Origin: Candidatus Liptonbacteria bacterium
Lineage (GTDB): Bacteria; Patescibacteriota; Minisyncoccia; UBA6257; JACOXY01
Direction: 5' to 3'
Length of the DNA stretch: 64,000 bases
Assembly: GCA_016182095.1 (NCBI GenBank)
Contig: JACOXY010000012.1
Coordinates: forward strand, 25,864 to 89,863
The position numbers were made by a program, and so were the translations under genes. A model generated the notes under the pieces. It ran no database searches and was not told the origin of the DNA. It saw only the letters and a list, made by a program, of their open reading frames with translations. Of this stretch, positions 57,458 through 64,000 are shown piece after piece. Every line of letters starts with the position of its first letter. Position 1 is the stretch's first letter.

Positions 57458-57480
57458 GCGGGATTTTGTATTAGATTAAG

Positions 57481-58161
57481 CTATTTTTTTGCTTTCTCCT
57501 TTTTCTCTTCCTTAAACAGCACGAGGAGTCTTTCTAAATATTCATTGGCCGTTCTTCTTCCCCGCTCATCAGCCATGCTCTGAATAGCTGACTTTAATTT
57601 TTCTTCTTCAAAGCCAAGAAAGGCAACCTCGTCCGAATAAACTGTCCAGGGGCGAAACGTCTCAAGATAATAAACATTGCCATCCTTTCCTCTAGAAAAG
57701 TTAGCCACAAAAGAATCTATACAGTCGCCCAAACCAAAACCTTCAAGGCGTTTTTCCAAATCACGTGCTCCTTCTTTAAGCTCCTTGTTCAGCATGCGGT
57801 ATCCCCTATCCCAGTATTCGTCGCCTTTTTTTTGTTCTCTTCTATCAGAAGCATTAGAAAATTCCACTCCTTCCTGCAAAACACTTTGTCCCTCTGTGTG
57901 CGCGATTCGATCTGTATCTGCGGTTTGAATCTTGTCCGCAGATTCTGTTACTTGATGTATATCGGGAATATTATCGGGAAATAGCAAGTGAGCAATTTTC
58001 GTTAAATAAAACCTGCCTTTCATCTGGCGTAAAGTTTCATTTAGTCCCGGGCGCATTTCCGCGATAATTCTGCCTTCATTTTTGGGGTCCACAAAAACTC
58101 TTTTTTCACCTCCTTGCCCAAGCGGCACCAATCCTTCTGATTCAAATTTCCTGGTTCGCAT
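57481..58161 (-). CDS. hypothetical protein (kinase-like N-lobe motif)
   Basis: LGQGGEKRVF Gly-rich loop; function uncertain. Confidence 0.6.
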   Translation of the reverse strand: MRTRKFESEGLVPLGQGGEKRVFVDPKNEGRIIAEMRPGLNETLRQMKGRFYLTKIAHLLFPDNIPDIHQVTESADKIQTADTDRIAHTEGQSVLQEGVEFSNASDRREQKKGDEYWDRGYRMLNKELKEGARDLEKRLEGFGLGDCIDSFVANFSRGKDGNVYYLETFRPWTVYSDEVAFLGFEEEKLKSAIQSMADERGRRTANEYLERLLVLFKEEKKEKAKK

Positions 58162-58188
58162 ATTTGAATTTAATTCTAAAAAAAATTA

Positions 58189-58262
58189 TGGAGCCGAAGG
58201 CGAGAATCGAACTCGCGTCTTTCGCTTACGAAGCGATTGCTCTGCCACTGAGCTACATCGGC
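58189..58262 (-). tRNA. tRNA-Thr(CGT)
   Basis: GCCGATGTAGCTCAGTGGCAGAGC...TTCGTAA...GAGTTCGATTCTC...TCCA. Confidence 0.92.
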
Positions 58263-58340
58263 AAACGGCAATTTTACTTATAACCCCGGCTGACCTGTCT
58301 GCCGGCAGGCAGAGCTAAGGTGGTAATGAAATGCAATTTT

Positions 58341-58802
58341 TTAGTCTCCGGCCAAAATCCGCATTTTTTCATAAATTTCTTTTACAATTTCCGACGGATG
58401 AACTTTTTCTGGATTATACCAAATCTCCCAGGCTGTAAATCCCGTTGGGTCTTTTTCGTCCGGCCAGGGGCCGACCTGGTGGAATCCCTGATATTGTTTC
58501 ATTACAATACCAGCCACCCTGTTAAATAATCGAAACAGTTTCGGATCTTTGGTGTCTAAACCTACCATGTCGCGCTTATCCCCTTGGGCTGGCCAAACAA
58601 AAATTTTTTCCTTTGGCCGATCGTTTGGATTCTTTTCGGCATTATATGCGTTATTTTTTTCATTTTCTACAAGATGTTCAGCAATTTGATAATCTTCTGA
58701 CGTAGCCACCTCTCCCGCAACTGCTCTTAGTTTTTCAGCTTCAATTTCAGCTTCTTCTTTTGTATATCTATTTTTCTCAAAAAAGTCGTGGAATCTCCAC
58801 AT
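58341..58802 (-). CDS. hypothetical protein
   Basis: 153-aa ORF. Confidence 0.6.
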   Translation of the reverse strand: MWRFHDFFEKNRYTKEEAEIEAEKLRAVAGEVATSEDYQIAEHLVENEKNNAYNAEKNPNDRPKEKIFVWPAQGDKRDMVGLDTKDPKLFRLFNRVAGIVMKQYQGFHQVGPWPDEKDPTGFTAWEIWYNPEKVHPSEIVKEIYEKMRILAGD

Positions 58803-58816
58803 AAGTAATATTGGGG

Positions 58817-59236
58817 CTAGTTTTGAATATTCTCGCGTGGTTTGGTGAGCGTTCTAAAAAACAAAGCAAGCGCTCCAAAAGACAGACCAATATCCCTAAA
58901 TGTCACATCATCAACTCCGGAGAGTACTAATATAGAGGTTAAATTGAAAAACGTCAAAATGCTGACAACAGGCAGAAACCAGCCCAAAAGAAGCCCGGCG
59001 CCCAAAAATAAATCAAAAAATGCGTGGAGTATTAGAGCGCTCTCGCGCGGATAAAAATTCTCCACAAATTGCGGCACAAAGCCGATCCAGGCGACAGGAT
59101 TTGCAATAATACTAAAACCTGCGTAAAGCAAAACCACGCCCAAGCCTAAGCGCAAAGCCAGCATATCCCACTTGTCCAACCCCCACGTATTTAATTTATT
59201 GACGACTGGACTTAAAAGCCGAGTTAGGTGGTGCAT
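58817..59236 (-). CDS. DoxX family membrane protein
   Basis: LRLGLG...P.AW..FVP...RDIGL. Confidence 0.8.
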   Translation of the reverse strand: MHHLTRLLSPVVNKLNTWGLDKWDMLALRLGLGVVLLYAGFSIIANPVAWIGFVPQFVENFYPRESALILHAFFDLFLGAGLLLGWFLPVVSILTFFNLTSILVLSGVDDVTFRDIGLSFGALALFFRTLTKPRENIQN

Positions 59237-59355
59237 GTTATTACAATATTAAAAATTAAATATCGAAAATAAAAATACTGGCTGTTTGAAATTTCGGAAG
59301 TGAAATTTCAAACTTCATAAATTTTGATTTTTAGTTTTTGATTTTTTATTTTGCT

Positions 59356-60072
59356 TTAAGCAATAATACCACTTATTAAACTCCCGATAAAGTACGCGAT
59401 AACTGCCGCGAGGCCACCCACAAAGAGCATTTCCAGTCCCGACCAAAACCAGTTTCTTCTTGTAATTATAGTCCTCATGGCCCCAACAGAGAAAAGCGCG
59501 ATCCCGGTCGCAATCGTGGAAATCATAAGCAAGTCGCTTAACACGAAATTCAAGACAATAAATGGCATAATAGGAAGACTGCCGGCCGCGATAAAGGAAA
59601 TAAGGGTGAGCAATGACGCCTTGATGTCACTACCATTGCCGCGAGAAAGGCGAAGTTCATACTTCATCATAAAATCAACCCAGAATTTCTCATTTTTGCT
59701 TATGAGCCGAGTCATGGCCTCCGCGTCTTCCCTGGCATATCCCCTTTCCACAAGGATACTTTTCACCTCCTCTGTTTCATATTTAGGTTTGCGCAGAATC
59801 TCGTCCTCCTCTCGTCTTTCTTCCGTTTTTATCAATGCCCGCTCCGATCGTGACCCCAAATAATTGGAAACGGCCATGGAAAACCCGTCGGCCAAGAGAT
59901 TGGCGAACCCCAAAATAATAATCGTGGCTATGGGCAGTGACGCGCCTACGACTCCGGCCACAACAGCAAAGGTCGTGATAATACCGTCATTCGCCGCGTA
60001 AATAATGTCTTTGATATAGCCAGCTATGCCCTCCGAATGATATTCGTAATGTTTGGATTTATTTATATGCAT
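59356..60072 (-). CDS. VIT1/CCC1 family Fe/Mn transporter
   Basis: DGIITTFAVVAG, ANLLADGFSMAVSNYL. Confidence 0.9.
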   Translation of the reverse strand: MHINKSKHYEYHSEGIAGYIKDIIYAANDGIITTFAVVAGVVGASLPIATIIILGFANLLADGFSMAVSNYLGSRSERALIKTEERREEDEILRKPKYETEEVKSILVERGYAREDAEAMTRLISKNEKFWVDFMMKYELRLSRGNGSDIKASLLTLISFIAAGSLPIMPFIVLNFVLSDLLMISTIATGIALFSVGAMRTIITRRNWFWSGLEMLFVGGLAAVIAYFIGSLISGIIA

Positions 60073-60103
60073 CTCTAGGTTATAATTATTATAATAATTC
60101 TCC

Positions 60104-60826
60104 ATGGATAAATCCAGCAATAAAAAAGTTTTGGAAGTAAAAAATCTCTTTGTGCGGTTTGGCGATGATTTGATTATTGATAATTTGAGTTTTGACGTCG
60201 CCAAAGGAGAACACCTTACCATAATCGGACCCAATGGATCGGGTAAGACCACTTTATTTAGGGCTTTAATAGACACCATTCCGCATCAAGGAGAAGTGAT
60301 TTGGGCGCTGGATACCATAATCGGTTATATACCACAGAAATTGGACATAGAAAGAAATGTGCCGCTCTCTCTTTACGATTTTCTGCAGTCAAAAAATAGT
60401 GGCCTTAAAGGGATAGGAGATGGTGAAATAAAAGATTGCTTGAAACTCGTTAATCTTCCAGAGGATATTTTGGGAAAGCCATTGGGGGCTCTGTCGGGCG
60501 GGCAATTTCAAAGAGCGCTCGTCACATTCGCCCTTATCGGAAGCCCAACAGTGCTTCTTTTTGACGAACCAACGGCAGGCATAGACCAACCAAGTGAAGA
60601 GCAGATTTATGACACATTGCACCGCCTGCAGGATGAAAGGGGCGTAACCATCATAACCATTTCACATGATTTAAGTTTGGTGCACCGCCACGCGCACAAA
60701 GTACTATGCCTGAACCGCCGGAAAATTTGCTACGGCCTGCCGGAGGAAGTTCTTGATAAACAAACCCTGTCGCGGCTTTATGGGACCGAGCATCATAAAT
60801 TCTTCCACCATATACATGACAAATAA
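60104..60826 (+). CDS. Zn/Mn ABC transporter ATP-binding protein (ZnuC-like)
   Basis: GPNGSGKTT, GYIPQ, LSGGQFQR, DEPTAGID, His-rich tail. Confidence 0.9.
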   Translation: MDKSSNKKVLEVKNLFVRFGDDLIIDNLSFDVAKGEHLTIIGPNGSGKTTLFRALIDTIPHQGEVIWALDTIIGYIPQKLDIERNVPLSLYDFLQSKNSGLKGIGDGEIKDCLKLVNLPEDILGKPLGALSGGQFQRALVTFALIGSPTVLLFDEPTAGIDQPSEEQIYDTLHRLQDERGVTIITISHDLSLVHRHAHKVLCLNRRKICYGLPEEVLDKQTLSRLYGTEHHKFFHHIHDK

Positions 60827-61586
60827 CGAGTTGCTAAGCATAATATTGGCTGCCATAACCGCTCTAGTCTCCGGCGTAGTCGGCTCATTCGCTCTAATGC
60901 GTAAAATGGCGCTTGCCGGAGATGCCTTGTCGCACGTAGCGCTCCCCGGAATCGGCGTGGCCCTTATTTATTCCTTGAACCCCGCGATAGGAGGAGGGTT
61001 GGCGCTTTTAGTGGGAGCTATTTTAATATGGAAAATTGAGAGGGTCACAAACTTAAATACCGAAGCAATAATAGGAGTGCTTTTTGCTGTAAGCTTGGCC
61101 GCGGGAGGACTTCTTATAGAAAGCGAGCATGAGTTGGAAGAAGCACTGTTTGGTGGAGTGGCCACCGTTACGGTAAACGAATTTATCGCGGGAGTAGCCG
61201 TGGCCGTTTTATCGCTTTGGTTTTTGCTTAGAAACCGCCACGCTTTGGTCTTGAGTCTGATATCCAAGGATTTAGCCAAAACGGCTGGAGTAAAAACAGA
61301 AACACAGCAACTTTATTTTCTTTTGATTTTTTCCATAACAGTAATTTTAGGATTGAAATTCTTGGGCGTTCTTTTAATGGGATCGCTCATCATTATCCCC
61401 GCCGCGACAGCGAGAAATGTCACTCAAACCCTAAGCGGGATGCTCGCGACCGCATCATGCACGGCTCTTATCGCAGTTCTTGGCGGATTTGCGGCTCGCG
61501 CGCTCGTGGAAACGGCTCTGGGGCCATCCATCATCAGCATTGCCGGATTAATGTTTTTCATATCGCTTTTGGCAAGGCGAGCTTAA
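60816..61586 (+). CDS. Zn/Mn ABC transporter permease (ZnuB-like)
   Basis: DALSHVALPG, LFG, GVLLMGSLIIIPAATA. Confidence 0.9.
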   Translation: MTNNELLSIILAAITALVSGVVGSFALMRKMALAGDALSHVALPGIGVALIYSLNPAIGGGLALLVGAILIWKIERVTNLNTEAIIGVLFAVSLAAGGLLIESEHELEEALFGGVATVTVNEFIAGVAVAVLSLWFLLRNRHALVLSLISKDLAKTAGVKTETQQLYFLLIFSITVILGLKFLGVLLMGSLIIIPAATARNVTQTLSGMLATASCTALIAVLGGFAARALVETALGPSIISIAGLMFFISLLARRA

Positions 61587-61621
61587 TAAAGGTGGGGTAA
61601 AAGAAGTTTTGAGCATACATA

Positions 61622-61651
61622 AATAAAAACCGCCCGAAGGCGGTTTTTATT
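61622..61651. terminator. bidirectional intrinsic terminator
   Basis: aataaaaaccgcc-cgaa-ggcggtttttatt. Confidence 0.75.
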
Positions 61652-62196
61652 TATGCCTTATTTTTCAAATATTTTATCATTGTATTTACATCGCTGACCT
61701 CAAACGGGTCATCCGGACAATTATCCGAAAACCCGGGTTCAATAAAAACTTTTTCAATATTGCCGTCCACAACATACATGCTGTAACGCCACGATCTCTC
61801 ACCAAAACCAAGATTATCTTTCTTAACCATCATGCCCATCGCCCTCGTAAAATCGCCGGAGCCATCCGGTACGAGCTTTACCTTGCTGACACTTTGGTTT
61901 TTCCCCCACTGAAACATCACAAAGGCGTCATTCACCGAAAAGCAGTAAACCTCATCCACGCCCAAAGCTTTTAGCTCACCATATCCTTTTTCATAGCCGG
62001 GCAAATGGGTTGACGAGCAGGTTGGCGTAAAAGCTCCGGGAAGTGAAAACACCACCACCTTTTTACCCTTAAATAAAGCGGCGCTTTGAACATCCTGCCA
62101 TCTGAAAGGATTTTCTCCTTGAACACTTTCGTCTCTGACGCGGGTTTTTAAAGTAACATTCGGCACTTTAGCCGGCACATTTGGCATATAATCCAT
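61651..62196 (-). CDS. peroxiredoxin (Prx5-like)
   Basis: PGAFTPTCS..HLPGY, SVNDAFVM, RSWRYSM; the longer ORF-track N-terminus is MITE-derived. Confidence 0.92.
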   Translation of the reverse strand: MDYMPNVPAKVPNVTLKTRVRDESVQGENPFRWQDVQSAALFKGKKVVVFSLPGAFTPTCSSTHLPGYEKGYGELKALGVDEVYCFSVNDAFVMFQWGKNQSVSKVKLVPDGSGDFTRAMGMMVKKDNLGFGERSWRYSMYVVDGNIEKVFIEPGFSDNCPDDPFEVSDVNTMIKYLKNKA

Positions 62197-62259
62197 AAGA
62201 TTGGCTATTTTTATTAATTCTAATAGATAGATTATAAAAAAATATTCACAAAAAATCAA

Positions 62260-62380
62260 CCAGGTAGTGAAAATGCGAGCATTTCTTTCTACCAACTCCA
62301 AGACCTCGTATAACAAACGATCGTTCAATTGACGAGGTTGACGAGGTTATTGATTGTTATTGATCGGGTATAAATACTGA
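62260..62380. mobile_element. truncated copy of the 53265 MITE, inverted
   Basis: Reverse complement of about 53342-53453, with an internal tgacgaggt duplication; preceded by tcaa. Confidence 0.8.
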
Positions 62381-62416
62381 ACGAGAAGCAGAAATCGAAC
62401 CCGCGTCTCAACCTTG

Positions 62417-62543
62417 CCGGGTAGTAGAAGTGCGATTACATTTTTGGAGCAGGATACCGGAATCGAACCGGCACTCCAACCTTGGGAAGGTTGTGTACTG
62501 CCACTATACTAATCCTGCATGAAATCACACCTTCACTAACCGG
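62417..62543. mobile_element. 127-bp TIR-bounded element carrying tRNA-Gly
   Basis: ccgggtagtagaagtgcgattaca ... tgaaatcacaccttcactaaccgg (18/24 inverted match), ends resemble the 53265 MITE; flanks cttg/cctg. Confidence 0.65.
62445..62518 (-). tRNA. tRNA-Gly(CCC)
   Basis: GCAGGAT/ATCCTGC acceptor, CAACC-TTCCCAA-GGTTG, GGTTCGATTCC, TCCA end. Confidence 0.93.
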
Positions 62544-62582
62544 CCTGGAAAGATCGTATTCTGCCATTCCTACCACGTGAGC

Positions 62583-63044
62583 TTAACAAATATTTTTTGA
62601 GCCGCAATCCGCGATAACCTTGCCGTTTTGCCAAGAAAAATCGGACACTAAAATAATAACCCTTGCGTTACTTCTCGCAAGATGAAGCCAGTCGTCAAAG
62701 ATAACTTTTTCGGCCCGCAGATTATCGGCAAGCATTGCCCTCACTCTGCCGGGCTCTTCTATTTTTCTTATATTTTCCCCAAGCCGACCCACGGCCTCAC
62801 TATAAATTAACTCATCCTCAATCATCTGCTGAAGCGATAATTTTTTGATTTCGTTGTGGCCCACTTCTGCGTCGCCACTCAAACTGCGCAGGTTCGCCTC
62901 CAGCACTCTATTGTATCGATTTTCAGAGAGGAATTTGGAGTTCACAATAACCACAGGAAAATACCCAAACCGTATAAAGGCGAAGCCTGCGAGACCAAGA
63001 AAGATAAGCAATATAAAAGTTATAATATAGAATCGTTTGGACAA
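62583..63044 (-). CDS. SurA N-terminal-like membrane-anchored protein
   Basis: TM helix then P.VIVN...L.QMIEDELI..EA. Confidence 0.6.
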   Translation of the reverse strand: MSKRFYIITFILLIFLGLAGFAFIRFGYFPVVIVNSKFLSENRYNRVLEANLRSLSGDAEVGHNEIKKLSLQQMIEDELIYSEAVGRLGENIRKIEEPGRVRAMLADNLRAEKVIFDDWLHLARSNARVIILVSDFSWQNGKVIADCGSKNIC

Positions 63045-63059
63045 GGGTTTAATTCGTTA

Positions 63060-63329
63060 TTATTCCTTTGGGACAACAATTATAAGTTTTTCTCCGGGAT
63101 CTTTATAGTTCAATTGCGACCTGGCTTCTTTCTCTAAATTATCTTCGTTCTCATAATATCTTACGTCTTCCTCAATTTTTGAATTTGACAACTTTAGATC
63201 ATCAAACTGGGACTTTAGTTCAGAAAATTCTTTCTTGACAGTTCGATAATCGCGAAAAAAATTAAAGTTTTGGTATGACATTAAAACTATAAGCAGAACA
63301 AGTACCATGATAATAGCGAGACGAGCCAT
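63060..63329 (-). CDS. ftsB: septum formation initiator (FtsB/DivIC)
   Basis: TM helix, coiled coil, LEKEAR.QLNY..PGE. Confidence 0.82.
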   Translation of the reverse strand: MARLAIIMVLVLLIVLMSYQNFNFFRDYRTVKKEFSELKSQFDDLKLSNSKIEEDVRYYENEDNLEKEARSQLNYKDPGEKLIIVVPKE

Positions 63330-63364
63330 ATTGATATGTTAGCATAAAAATCAAAAATCTAGGA

Positions 63365-64000
63365 TTACCTTTTCAGCAGTTCCTTAAATACACTCGGCTC
63401 TATTTCAACTCTGCCGGTTACCTTAAGACGTTTTTTGCCTCTTTGTTGTTTCTTCCAAAGCTTCATTTTTCTGGTTCTATCCCCGCCATAAAGATAACCG
63501 GTAACATCTTTTTTCATAGCTGGTATATCTTCTCTCGCAAGTATTCTCCCGAAAGACTGCGCCTGCAAACTTTGCGCAAATTGTTGTTTGGGAAGCAAGT
63601 CTTTTAGTCTTGTAAGCATTTGCCTTCCTTCGCGCTCGGCCTCATCTCGCCTTACTATTCTCGTTAATCCCGGCACAACTTCTCCGGCAACCAAAATTTC
63701 AAGCTTTGTCAGATCCGCCCTTTCTTCTCCGGAGAGCTCATAACTAAAAGAGGCGTATCCGGAAGAAACCGATTTTAACTTGTCGTCAAAATCACTTATT
63801 AGGTCGCTAAGCGGCAGCTTGGCAGTTACAATATTGTAATCCTGAAATGACTCGGTGCTGAAATTCTTAAGATGAAAAGTGTTTTGAAGCTGCATAATGC
63901 TCCCTAAATAAGCTACCGGTGTTACAATCTCTATTTTTACAATTGGCTCCATCGCATCATCATAATCACTGGGGAAATCTTTTGGAGTTTTTACTTCTTG
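63365..64000 (-). CDS. lepA: elongation factor 4, C-terminal part (partial)
   Basis: LKSVSSGYASFSY, KDVTGYLYGGD.TRK.KL..KQ..GKK. Confidence 0.95.
   Translation of the reverse strand, partial: QEVKTPKDFPSDYDDAMEPIVKIEIVTPVAYLGSIMQLQNTFHLKNFSTESFQDYNIVTAKLPLSDLISDFDDKLKSVSSGYASFSYELSGEERADLTKLEILVAGEVVPGLTRIVRRDEAEREGRQMLTRLKDLLPKQQFAQSLQAQSFGRILAREDIPAMKKDVTGYLYGGDRTRKMKLWKKQQRGKKRLKVTGRVEIEPSVFKELLKR

Larger units (their letters stand above)
62383..62582 (-). pseudogene. decayed tRNA-Gly(TCC-like) interrupted by a TIR element
   Basis: Joining the flanks gives GCTCACG..AATGGCAGAATA-CGATC-TTTCCAA-GGTTG-AGAC-GCGGG-TTCGATT-TCTGC; 3' acceptor strand missing. Confidence 0.6.

Overview
This looks like chromosomal DNA from a Patescibacteria/CPR (Parcubacteria-like) bacterium, inferred from gene content and style (genetic code 11). 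Housekeeping genes (ddl, purF, rnhA, pgk, ndh, pyrG, rpmA, rplI, ctpA, dnaX, ychF, mpg, tpiA, nth, ftsEX, prfB, ftsB, lepA), a copper operon, a metal ABC/VIT1/peroxiredoxin cluster, rnpB and three tRNAs are interspersed with small orphan ORFs. I found no CRISPR array, transposase, integrase or prophage. The most unusual signal is non-coding. (1) Two paralogous ArsR-like wHTH genes are each bracketed by a 34-bp palindrome that also occurs as solo copies, and a PaaX/Cas2-like gene is bracketed by its own 36-bp palindrome, suggesting a gene plus cognate palindrome cassette system. (2) A CC(A/G)GGTAGT-ended MITE family is present: one member carries an intact tRNA-Gly(CCC) and sits inside the anticodon arm of a decayed tRNA-Gly, and two others abut promoter -35 boxes. 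(3) Several REP-like and 7-nt-periodic repeat families have invaded rnpB and, in frame, mpg, tpiA and pyrG. There are also candidate recoding/phase-variation sites (prfB +1, tandem A_AAA_AAG, G13). All calls were made by eye, without database searches.
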